Assembly: GCA_964255285.1 (NCBI GenBank) | Contig: CAXUUL010000038.1 | Location: 1-49,259, forward strand | DNA from: Ionaspis alba | Taxonomy: Eukaryota | DNA: 49,259 bases | Reading direction: 5' to 3' | Part shown: in pieces, positions 1 through 11,543 of the stretch | Numbering within the stretch: the stretch's first letter is position 1 | Layout of the letters: each line of letters opens with the position of its first letter | The notes under the pieces: model-generated | Told to the model about the DNA's origin: nothing | Database searches by the model: none | What the model saw: only the letters and a program-made list of their open reading frames with translations | Program-made: the position numbers and the translations under genes

Positions 1-1978
1 TCGTCTTCGGCACCATCGATGCCCATGTCCTGCAACGAACTGGAAATGCCATCGTCCTCAGGATTACCGCCTTCATCGTCCGGAAGGCCGTCATCGTACA
101 TGGTGACGTCGTCGCCGAGATCAGGCAGGTTGTCACCGTTGAGAGCTTCCGAATTCATGTAGTCGCGGAAACGGTGCACTCCCTCACCGGAGAAGACGCA
201 GAAGACGTTACGTTGTTCCTCGTTGAATTCTGTCCTACGGTTTAACGACCTTGTCTTCTAGGAAATGATCTGATAGGATAGGGGAACTTGTGGTTCGAGA
301 ATGCAGAGAGCTGTGGTGGTGAGGACATACCTGATGGCGCATTGCGACAGAAAGCAAGAAGTTCGTCCTTGGCATAGAAAACTTGGATACCAGTAAGACT
401 GAGGTGAGTGAGCTTCGGACATGAGTTGAGTAAGACGTGGATGCCCTACGAATATAATTGTCAGCCACATCGATCGTTCGATAGAAGGGGGACATCCTGT
501 ACCTGTAGAGTGATGTTGATGCAATAGCTAAGATGTACTCGCTCCAAGTTACTCATCGTCTGAGGTCGACCTCTGGGATCAGCATGCGCTCGTGCTAGGG
601 CATCGATGCTTCGATCGGTAATAGCCTGACACTTCACGAGTCCTATCCGCCTTAGCTTCGGAAGCGTGGCAAGTTGCTTGACGCTGTTATCTGTGACACG
701 ACTACATCCAGCAAGATCGATGTACCGAATCCTGTTGCAGTGCTTGACCAGCTCTTTCAACGCGTCATCGCTGATCTGCTGACAGCGGCCGAGATGAATA
801 TCATGAAGATTCTTCCCCAGCTTGCAGATAGCCAAGACGGCCTTGTCAGTGATCTCGATACATTTGGCGAGGACGAGTATGCGAAGTCGTGGTGCACTGT
901 CGATGATCTTCTCGACTGCTGCATCCGTCAATTGATGACAAGCGGTAAGATCGAGAATGCGCATGCTGTCGTATCTGGCACCATGTGGAAGGCGTAAGAA
1001 AGCAGCATCTGTGACAAGATGGCATTGTGCAAGGCGTAATTCCCTCAATTGGCGAGCTCCGTGAATGAGCGGAGTGACCGAACTATCTGTTATGAATTTG
1101 CAGTCTTGGAGATCGATTTCCAGCATTGCTGGACAATGAGTGGCGAACATTTCGATGGAGTCATCTGTAATAAGACCACATTTGTTGAGTTTGAGCTGTA
1201 CTTCGATCAGCATGGTGTCATATCCATGAAAAAAAGATCTACAGACCCTCTTAAGATACCTACAGCCCCGTGCCAGCGCTATCAAAGACTCATCGGTAAC
1301 TTTTTTGCAGTTCGTGATATTCAGGCCTTGCAGTCGGGGACAACTCCTTGCCAGAGCCAGGATCGACATATCCGTAATGGGAGCCAAGCCGGTGATGTCC
1401 AAAGCAAGGAGGCTTCTATTCCCTTCCACCAGCCCAACCACTCCCTGATCCGTTAGATTGCAGCAACTCGTGAGTGTCAGCCTTTCTATCCTCTTGCAGT
1501 CTTTGAATGGTGCAAGTGTCCCATCGTTGATCTGCTCCGCAAGGCTAGATAGGTTCAGCCTCTTGATCAAATCGGCGTACGGCCAGTATGGATCTTTGCT
1601 TTGCGTCGAAGCGACGATGGTGGTAAGTCGATCCCATGACGTGAATAGTGGTCGATGCCATAGTAAATCGACGCAACATCCAGCCCAGGTTTTGGACACT
1701 TTCAGGCAGTTTAGGAGGTCTTGCGAGGAAGATAATTTCGCGAGAATAGAGATGAGAAGTTCTTGTGGAAGCCTATCGATAGCTCTTTTAGGTTGTTGCG
1801 GACGAGGTGCCCTCAATTCGATGTCTTCTTGGGAGCTCGATGCCCCGAGGGAGGATTGAGAATCGTTATTCTGCTGGTAGAAGGCTTCTTCAGTGTCGTC
1901 TAGGATTTGTCGAGGCGAACTTGCTCCAGACGACTCGGAAGAATCATCCGGAGGTTGTATGCGTCTTGTAAGAACCAT
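1..1978 (-). CDS. GRR1: SCF E3 ligase F-box/LRR substrate receptor Grr1 (3' end runs off the window)
   Basis: F-box (LPQELLISILAKL...VSKTW) followed by cysteine-containing LRRs (CKRIERLTLTSC, LERVHLSYC). Introns at 1196-1246 (51 nt, in frame), ~446-502 and ~230-330 give GIHVLLNSCPKLTHLSLTG and QRNVFCVFSGEGV, typical of the Grr1 C-terminus. Confidence 0.93.
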
Positions 1979-2812
1979 CTTTCCTGAGGCTCTTATATTG
2001 CTCGCGACTGTATGAATAGTGTGCTTGGACTATTTCCTCTTCCAATAGGAGGATAGTATCGGGATTGGAGATAGAGGGCAAGACTTTCAGCCCCGAACCA
2101 GAGTATGATATGTATTCCGTCGCGCCCACCTCTTAGTATCTCTAATTTGGGATTGGGAGCACGTCGTGAACAATTTCGGCTCGTCTTGGGTACGAAAAGG
2201 GGTTGTGCATGTGGTGTCTGAGATTTAGGGACCTTGTGGTATAAAGCGTTCCTTTCAAAAGTGAGACCAGTTTAAGAGGGATTTGAAACTATAAGCTGGA
2301 GGTAAGACTCTGAGGTGGTGTCTTTGCTTTTGAGCGTACTGTTGCAGTCACTCTTTGGCATTTGTAAGCGCCGAGTGAATGAAGGCGTGAAGACGGTGGC
2401 ACTTGTGATTTCCTAAGTAGTCAATGAAGGAGGGTAGGACCTGAGGTATACGGCAGGCCTCGTACTTTCTGAACGAACATCACTCCGGACAGAGCGGTAG
2501 TGAAGTAGAAAGATGCATGTTTTGAAGGGCAAACGTCGAGAGGCTGTTGCAGCTGCAGCGGTCTTCCGATACGTCGTAGCGCCGGCTGCAGGGATCTCTG
2601 GCGCGATGTCTTGGCTGGCCAAGCTAGGCTATCACTGGACTGAGCAGGTACGAACTTTACATCCTTATATGTACGGAACATCTTTTGCTGGAGGATACGC
2701 AGAACGAGGATTTCAAGGACGTTCACGCTACACGGGATTCGCATACGTCTCGAGGTCATACATTCAATGCTGTCACTCAGCGCGAAGCCAACAAAATACC
2801 TTGTCCAGCAAA

Positions 2813-4729
2813 CTATTTCACCGTATTTCGGTCAACGCCTTTTGCCCACTCTCTCAGAATGTTCTTCTTCAACTTGCCCGTACTCGTCTTAGGTAGCTCC
2901 GCAACTATCTCAACTTCCCTTGGTACCATGAATTTGCTGATATGACTGTTGTGCTTCGCCCAAGAGATGACATCTTCACCCTTGAGCTCCTTGCCAGATT
3001 GGATGGTGATAAAGGCTTTGGGCCGCTCGCCCCAATGGGAGTCTGCTACGGCTACCACTGCTGCTTCCAGAATCTCTGGATGAGTAGCTAGCATCGATTC
3101 GAGGGCGACTGAGGAAATATTTTCGCCTCCTATAAGCCCCTATTAGCTATTGCTTGCAGGCGGCTGCCCACTATCATATCATGCATACCACTTATGATAA
3201 TATCCTTCGCACGGTCCAAAATCTGAGCTGCTCCGTCTGGGTGCCAGACCGCCAGATCTCCAGTATGTAGTACTCCACCTGCGAAGAGCTTTCTTGTAGC
3301 CTCTGCGTCTTTGTAGTATCCTTTTGCGCATATATTGCCGAGACAGACGATCTCTCCAATTTCCTTACCGTCTTTTTTGACATCAATGATAACGCCGTCC
3401 GGCTGATCCGTTTTGACTATTCGGATCGGTAGGCTGGTTACAAAACCATGTCCTTGACGGGCCATCTTCTGATATTTCTCAGTCTTGGGGATGTTCTCCC
3501 ATGCTGGCATATGATACCCTTTGGTAATGGGTCCATACGTTTCGGTAAGGCCATATACATGCACAGGATGGAGATTGAGATTCGTCATCTGCTCAAATAG
3601 ATGCGGTGTGGGAGGACTGGCCGCGACCGTGACTCGAACCGGTTCAGGGAGACGCTCTGCCTCTTTGGCCGCGCAGAGAAGTGTGTTGACTGTGGGCGCG
3701 GCATTGTAATGTGTAATATGCTCTGTCTTCAGCAGTCGCCATATCTCAGGGTAATCGATCTTTCTCAAGCAGTAATGTGTCCCGCGCACAGCTGTCACAG
3801 CCCATGGGAATGTCCATCCCATTGCATGGAACATTGGGAGTGTCCATAGATATTTGCACCTCCCAGTGTGATAATTAAGTCCAGACTCGATGACATTGCC
3901 CATCGCCGCCAGGTAGCTCCCACGATGTGTCGTCTCAACCCCCTTCGGTCTCGCTGTCGTTCCACTGGTGTATGCCAACGCGATAACATCCTCCTCGTCC
4001 TTAACCTGTACTGACAACCCTGCCCATCCCTTTCCTCCTGTCTGGCTGTCGTATCTCAGGCCATCGAGCACAGCGTCATCGAATTGTCCGCTTAGCTCCC
4101 CTTCCGTGGCATCGGTGTCCGCGTCCACGATAAAAGGGACATTGGGGTGTGTTTTCCGGAAGCCCTCGAGGAGATGAGCAAACTCCGCATCGACTATGAT
4201 AATTTCGGTATCGGCATGATCAAAGATGTATGTGATATCATCGGTCTTCAATCGATAGTTGATGGCTGTGAAATACAGACCAGTAAGCTTTTGACACTAA
4301 TATCGGACCATAGGGCTCACCGATATTGATTGCGCCAGCAGCTGCAATTCCGTAAATTGACTCCAGGAATGCGGGAGTATTCGGGCACAGAATACCGACT
4401 CTCTTGTAGCCATGTCTCTTGAGATAGTATGCTAGTCCCCGTGCTCGGTCGGCGGTCTCCTGGTATGTGCGGCGTAGGACTTTGTTATTTGCTGTGACGT
4501 GGTATATCGCTTCGGCCTATGATTGCTGTTAGCTCGGCTGGCCGCCGCATACTGGGAATGTTGCAAGCACCTCTGGCTCAACCTCAGCTGCTCGAGGCAG
4601 AAAAAAGGTGGGAGAAAGTGTGTGGTAGTTGTGGTGATGTTGGTACGTATCTACTGGTTCTGGAAAAGATGGCGGATAAGGAAGGAAATGTGCCGCGAGC
4701 TTGGAAAGACGGGATTTTGGCCCCGACAT
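2813..4729 (-). CDS. AMP-binding acyl-CoA synthetase, probably peroxisomal (PTS2)
   Basis: AMP-binding motifs YTSGTTARPKG, VYGLTETYG, HTGDL, DRAKDIIISGGEN and LPKTSTGKL. Introns at 4517-4570, 4266-4320 and 3130-3188. The N-terminus is MSGPKSRLSKLAAHF. Confidence 0.92.
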
Positions 4730-5567
4730 AACGGCAGAGACCAGGAATAGGACTCTAGACTCAATTGAGCAGCAGCAATATTTGGCCTTGACTGGTAGAG
4801 ATGACAAGAATTCTGCTACAGATCCTCGAGGTCTATAGAGGCCTGGTCAGTTTTACGCATCTCCGGCAACCCATGGTTGTATTGCCAAGAGGGTTTGAAC
4901 GTGTGGGGTAAACGCTATCAAATATCCCGCTCTACCGAAGCAAAATTTCCTCTAGCAAAGTCCCTGGGCAGAAGGGGTGATTTTGAATGATACCTGAGAG
5001 GAGACAACAATAAACCAAGTATTTTTAGACAGATCGTCGAATATCAAAGCGCAGACACATGTAAGAGCAATGACGATCATCGGCACGTAGATACCAAACT
5101 CAATGTCGTCCGCACTATCCCGTCATAGAATGATATCAAGAATTTCTCACATGCGACGTTCTAGGCTGGGGCTTCTAAGAGGTCGATTAGATTTAAGAGG
5201 TGGTAAAGCAAACCACCAGCACAACCATTTTATTCTCGAAAACCGGTATCATGGCACGAGCAATACTTCTAGAGGTACGAATATATAGACCGACCCTTCT
5301 TTTCAACTGGACGAAGCAAGGCACTTGGGAGGATCCTGCCTCATGTGAAGAATCCTGAGATAGTTCCTTCGCTCCAGGATATCCTAGTCGCGAAGACCAC
5401 GAATGTTGAAGTCAAAGGTGCGCCAAGGCACCAGGCAATAAACAAACGTCATACCACAACCCGTCGTACCAAGGGACAACGATTTTCTTTCGTGAAGCTG
5501 CTGATCCTGCTTACTGCCAATAAACTTGCCTATCTCGTTATTCTCTGCTGCTGCGACTCATAAATCC

Positions 5568-6586
5568 ATGGCTTCGAGCGCCGTCCGCCGCAACGGCGGT
5601 TCTAGTACCAAGTCCACCTTCAGTGTACCGAAGCCAAAATCACATCCTACGAGCAACAGATCACCACTTCTACCTACGTCTCTCGAAGCCCTTCTGCTCG
5701 CCATATACCCCAGCACGCTCCTGCTAGGCTCCCTCTTCTCCCTTCTTGACCCTCATGCGCGAAATGCGCCATACTCAGCAGCCTCGCAGTCCCACCCGGC
5801 CGAGCTTGCCCCAAGCTACTTCGCGCAGAAAAAGAACCTATTCAATGTCTTCTTTGTCAAAAAAGGCTGGTTTTGGACAACGCTAGCTTACGCCATGTTC
5901 CTACTCATGCATCCAAGCATAGGCCCGAGTCGCAGTCTGGTACTCACACCGAGGAGAGTGCAGGGTCTCGTCAGATACGGTATCACGACCTTTTGGTGGG
6001 CAGTGGTCACGCAATGGTTCTTTGGACCTGCTCTGATTGATCGTAACTTTCTTTGGACCGGAGGACAGTGTGATCTCGTTCGCAGCGAAGAAGGGCGGGC
6101 TGGAATGAGTGATACAAGGGAATTTTTCACCGCTGCGGCATGTAAATTGGCTGGTGGGAAGTGGAAAGGCGGACACGATATAAGTGGACACGTCTTCCTG
6201 CTCATCCTCGGAAGCGCTTTTCTTTGGATGGAAATTCTGCCCGTTGTTATGAGACATGCTGGGCTGAGGGAGGAACGGCTCATCAGTCACATGAATGGGT
6301 CTGTTGTTAGTGCCGAGGTGGAGGCTCTTGAGAGCAGAGAGAAGGACGAGAATGTTGAAGTAGCACATGGTGTGAGTGCTCCGCTAGCCGTGACGGCGCT
6401 TTCGTGGTGGATGCTACTCATGACTGCTGCCTATTTTCATACTTGGTTTGAGAAGGTGGGTCATCCCTTCCCTACTCACGAAATCCCAATTGACCTGATA
6501 TAGTTTACCGGACTGGTTGTAGCGTTTATCGGAATCTTCGTGGTCTACTTCCTGCCTCGTGCGGTACCGAAAATGAGGGCCGTCGT
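5568..6586 (+). CDS. SCS3: FIT-family fat storage-inducing / acyl-CoA diphosphatase (Scs3-like); 3' end lost in the N gap
   Basis: Motifs YFAQKKNLFNVFFVKKGWFWT, WFFGPALIDR, GGHDISGHVFLL and MTAAYFHTWFEK. Intron at 6456-6503. The frame runs into the gap at 6587. Confidence 0.9.
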
Positions 6587-6686
6587 NNNNNNNNNNNNNN
6601 NNNNNNNNNNNNNNNNNNNNNNNNNNNNNNNNNNNNNNNNNNNNNNNNNNNNNNNNNNNNNNNNNNNNNNNNNNNNNNNNNNNNNN
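6587..6686. other. Assembly gap (100 N)
   Basis: Run of N. Confidence 1.
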
Positions 6687-7278
6687 AGAAGTTTTAGAAC
6701 CTTCGAAAGTTAATACCATCATACAGCTCGCTTCCTAGAGGTTCTTATGTATTTTTCTTCTTAGGTAACTATAGCACGTCTTTCCTGATCCATTGACCCG
6801 ATAAGCCTACTGCCCATGATGGATTTTGTTTATGGTTGAAAAAAATGTGCCTGAGCCGGTAAAAATGTTCCAAATCCATGGATGTTGTACATGTATACGT
6901 AGTACGCTCTCCGAGATAATTCCGTACGTGAATATGATTAGAACACGGTGCAGATTCTCTCCGTGGTAGGAGAGGAGGAAGATCGAGATTAGGGGGAGTA
7001 ATGTCAAAGTCTAACGGGATTTTGTGAAGCATGAGTCGATACTTCAGCCATGCTGAGCGCAAGAAAAGTTCCCGAAACAAAACAAAACAAGTCCAGCCTC
7101 TAATGGCGATATCACGAGGTGGTTCAAGAAGGACATATGATGCCAGGATCTTTGCTGAGGCACTAGCGCTAGGGCAGCTTAGCGAGATTTTGTGCCGCCC
7201 ACAATGAATCCCGATATTCCTAGGCGAAAGAAACGAACTACATCTGCGATCATCACTCCACGTAGAGCGACCGTAATC

Positions 7279-8011
7279 ATGGCTCACGTCAACAAGATTG
7301 CGCCCAACAGCCCGTCGAGGCAGCATCCCTCGGAATTGGAGACCAGCATTGCGAGCGCGATGTACGACCTCGAGACCAACACCCCAGATATGAAGAGTGC
7401 GCTACGGCTGTTGCAGTTCGTCTCTGCTCGTGAGGTAGGACAATCAATCCTTTGACCTAGTTCGAGTCTTTGGAAAAGTAACACTGATGCCTGCTTCCTT
7501 CAGCTCGATGTCGGCCACGGCAAGAAAGCAATCGTCATATTCGTCCCCGTTCCCATCCTCACGAATTTCCACAAGGTCCAACAACGGTATATAGCCGCAA
7601 CAGGAACCATGAGCTGCAGGAATCAAGAGCTAACACTACCTCAGCCTGACTCGCGAGCTTGAAAAGAAGTTTTCCGACCGCCACGTCATAATCCTTGCCT
7701 CCCGCCGCATTCTACCTCGACCCAAACGCTCAAACCGCTCTCGCACCTCGCAGAATCAGAAGCGTCCCCGATCTCGTACTCTTACTGCTGTTCATGATGC
7801 TATCCTGACGGACTTAGTTTACCCGGTTGAGATTGTCGGCAAGAGGACCCGGACGAAGGAGGACGGAAGCAAGATGTTGAAGGTTGTGCTGGATGAGAAG
7901 GAGAGGGGTGGGGTCGACCACAGACTCGATACTTACTCGGAGGTGTATCGACGGTTGACTGGACGTGGTGTTAGTTTTGAGTTCCCAATGGGAGGGCCAG
8001 TGGAGTACTAG
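7279..8011 (+). CDS. RPS7: 40S ribosomal protein S7 (eS7)
   Basis: Spliced product (introns 7435-7503 and 7587-7644) reads ...[16 protein letters not shown]...[14 protein letters not shown]...[17 protein letters not shown]...[15 protein letters not shown]. Confidence 0.97.
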
Positions 8012-8154
8012 ATGCGAGGGGAAGCGATACATGGCGAGCGAATGAACGTTGTGCGTGATAGGCTTGAGCAAAGACGCTTTTGGCACCTAGCAAGTTGGCT
8101 CGAAATCGGCCACAATGCTACACATCGGGTGAAGCTGGGTATCAATTCGAATAA

Positions 8155-9876
8155 CTAGCTGGGCGAATGAGCTATTCTGCCAACTCCAAGAACAGACCAA
8201 TATGCTAGCTCTCTCTTCTCGCGCTTCTCCCTCTCCAAAATTGCACCACCAGCCTCATCCCCAGCAGCATCCGCTTCGTACTCTATCCGCACAAACACGG
8301 GAATTTCAACCACGTCTTCGTCTTTATCCATTTCGTCACTCTTTACCTCAATTCTTGCACAGACAACCTCCACAACTACGGTCGTCCAATTTCGGCCTCT
8401 CTCCCAGACCTTGCCCGCCTCTGCAACCTTGCCTTCAGACTCTCCGTAGCCAGGCTTTGGTTTGTCCAGTTTAGTACTCCTCTTCCCATCATTTCCGCTC
8501 AATGCTTCATCCCACACATCCGTGTTAGCACCAATCTCGAATTGGGGGCAAAGTATAGTGACCTTGCTACTAAAGCGCCCCGGTGTCTGAGCTGGTGTTG
8601 CCAAAGTAATCTTGATCGGATCGAACATGGGGTTCTTTAGGGTTAGCAGGAACTGGATTGCTCTGGAGGACGGTAACGACGCCAGGTTCAGCGCTGGTGA
8701 CGACGCCGCCTGTAGTGGCTTCATTGTCATAGATGGCACGTAATTGACAGCCACGAGTTTTATTCTATACCTGGTGCTTTGCACTTTGGCCTCCGGCTTC
8801 ACCAGAATATGTCTGCAAGTCCGGCACCGCTTGCTTCTCTTCGTACGTAAGAGGGTCGGAACAGCTCTTAGGTCATCGGTAAACCTCACATCATGAAGTT
8901 GTTCACTTCGTTGCCGCAAGCTTGCTGTGCCTTCCCAGCCCGAGGTTCGAAGCTTTTCGACCTTGGCTTCCTCTGAAGTGGTGTCAATGACTTGCAACCC
9001 TTCTGAGTCGTCGGCGCTCTCCCGCATCGTGTTTGGTTTTCCGACAGCCTGCTTTCCGTAAGAGCCCACGCCGGTATAAAGACTCATGATGCGAGCAAGG
9101 CTACTAGGGGAATTGTAATTGACCTCGCCCGAAGGACTCATGAGGGGATTAATAGAGCCTGTATTCGACAGCTGGGAATTGTAGAAAGATTTGAGCGCCG
9201 CAAATCTTGCGTCTGGATCTACAATCCGAGAATTTGATGGCGTTCTCTGGTCCGCCTCCGCAGAAGCTTTCGGTCTGAGGGAGGTGCTTTGCTGTATCCT
9301 TGCCAGTTGACCATAGATATTTGTTGGTTTCTCAAACTTCACACCGATATCAAGTGTTGTCCAATTGCAGTATTCACAGGCTAGTATCCACGGTCCTACG
9401 ACTCCACCACTTTCTGTGTCCACAGCATTGACGGACATAGGTGCTGTACATGACGGGCAATCGAAGCAATTCCTTGTGCACCTGATTCTATTAATCAGCT
9501 TGTGGTAAAACTGAGAGACATGGTATCGTATATTCCGATGGCATTATATTGATAAAGTGGAAAGATAGCTTACCTACCTATTGCCCTCGCTCTTCACGGT
9601 ACTACTAGGAACCTCAAACAAGCAGCTAGGGCAGTACCAGCATACGATCTCTTCGACTGTACATTTGGGGCATCGTATATCATGGCAATCTTCACACCAC
9701 ATGAGATGGTCAAGAGGATATAAAGAGAAGTTCGTGCGTAGTGATCTCGGATTGAAGGTGTTTTCATCCTGTGCCTCGTCGCCGACTTCATCAGCAGAAG
9801 CGCCTAGCGCCCTGCTATGATTGAAACCATCGACACACGAGCAGTTAATATAGCTGTATGGAAAGGACGTCGACAT
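8155..9876 (-). CDS. Dynactin p62 subunit (DCTN4 / Ropy-2 family)
   Basis: Cys-rich N-terminus (CEDCHDIRCPKC, YCPSCLFEVPSS, CTRNCFDCPSC), LRTKRSKRCRTCRHILVKPE and C-terminal KRELAYW. Intron at 9482-9577. Confidence 0.92.
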
Positions 9877-10060
9877 GTTCACAGCGCGTATTGAAGACGT
9901 TCGTTCTGGGAAGTTGATGCGCCCCGGCTCAACTTCGGCTTAAAGATTCGGGTGGCGTCATTGATGATTGAAAGATTCACATTGCTTGACAATGCTCGAT
10001 GCGGAGCATTGGATTACCAAATCATTGAGGGCGTTCAATTAAGGCTCTCATGTCTGGAGC

Positions 10061-11181
10061 ATGAAGCCCGCAGCAGTCCGCGCATTCTTCTCTCCACTAG
10101 CATTTTCTCGGAGTACGAATCAGATTCGAGCTTATGCCGTGCAAGCCCCTGGAGCGCCCACTCTCCAAGTCTTCAATCGCCATACTAAACACCTACAGAA
10201 AGAGCGCGCAGCTGCGGATCCAGTCGCCAGTCGGAAAGTTGACTATCTGAAAGACGAAGTTGCCCACCGCCTCAGCGAGCGGCTCCTGGTAGGTTCTTCA
10301 CTTGAGCGGCCTCGCTTCCACTTCTAACGATTTCCCAGGACATCAAGCGCCATTTCCCCTCCGTCCTCGACCTTGGTGCCAATGCCTGCCACATCGCCCG
10401 TGCCCTCACGGCTCCAACCCCTGACCCAGACCCGTCAGCGCCTACGTCTCCACCTCTCTCAACTCGCCTCACGCACCTCACAGCCGCCGACTCCTCTCCG
10501 ACTCTTCTCAACCGCGACGTTTCCCTACCATTCAACTCTGAGCTGAACCTTACCCGTGACATCCTCCAAGATGAAGAATATCTTCCATATCCCGAAAATA
10601 CCTTCGATGCCGTGCTCTCCTCTCTGTCCCTACACTGGATCAACAACCTCCCAGCCGTCCTGGCTCAGATAAACCACATACTTAAACCCGATGCCCCGTT
10701 CATAGCCGCCATGTTTGGTGGTGACACCCTGTTCGAGCTGCGGACTTCCCTACAGCTAGCAGATATGGAGCGCCGTGGCGGCGTTTCGCCGCATGTGTCG
10801 CCCTTGGCCGATGTGCGCGATGTGGGCGGATTGTTGGGAAAGGCCGGATTCAAGATGTTAACGGTTGATGTTGACGACATCATTGTCGATTATCCATCCA
10901 TCTTTGCGCTGATGACGGACCTGCAGGCTATGGGGGAGTCAAATGCGGTCTTGCGACGAGAGATGGGCGGATTAGGGCGCGAGGTGATGGCGGCAGGGGA
11001 CGGAATTTATAGAGCGTTGCACGGGAATGAGGATGGGAGCTTGCCGGCAACTTTTCGCATGATCTATATGATTGGATGGAAGCAGGGAGAGGGACAACCA
11101 GAGCCGTTGGAGAGAGGCAGCGGACAGATCAATATAAAGGATATTCTTGAGGGGAGTGGAGGAATCAAGGAAAGGAATTGA
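10061..11181 (+). CDS. NDUFAF5: Mitochondrial SAM-methyltransferase-fold complex I assembly factor (NDUFAF5 family)
   Basis: Presequence-like N-terminus, VFNRHTKHLQKERAA, DYLKDEVA, LDLGANA, SSLSLHWINNLP, TLFELRTSLQLA and SPHVSP. Intron at 10289-10338. Confidence 0.9.
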
Positions 11182-11543
11182 TGGGCGATTGTTTTGGAAG
11201 CTGTGGATGTGAGCGCATAATGTAGCTGTATATATTATCTAGCTTGTCAAGCAAGGGTTTCATACCATACCGAGGATTTCTCACGCACGTGCTGTGCAAT
11301 CGTAGACTCAAGCTTATTTTGCAGCCAAATGGTTCATTTGGCAGGAAGAGATGAATTCATCTCAATATTAATGAGAAGCAAGATGCGGCTCTAAACAAAG
11401 CACGCCAAGAGAGCGCTAAGATAAGATAACGGCCATACCAGCGAGAGGTGAACCCAAAATCTCGAATTTCACAAGATCTTGAAGTGCAACTTCATGGTAC
11501 TAAGCTGCCTAAATTGACAATCAACAACTGATAAATAACCACT

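Noticed and set aside
1196..1246. Apparent 17-aa insertion in the Grr1 LRRs (and an 18-aa one in Ku80 at ~32874-32927)
   Set aside because: These are stop-free introns of length 3n with normal GT-AG ends and branch sites.
6769..7326. 185-aa minus-strand ORF upstream of RPS7
   Set aside because: It has a non-ATG start, overlaps RPS7 and its promoter, and contains no recognisable motif.
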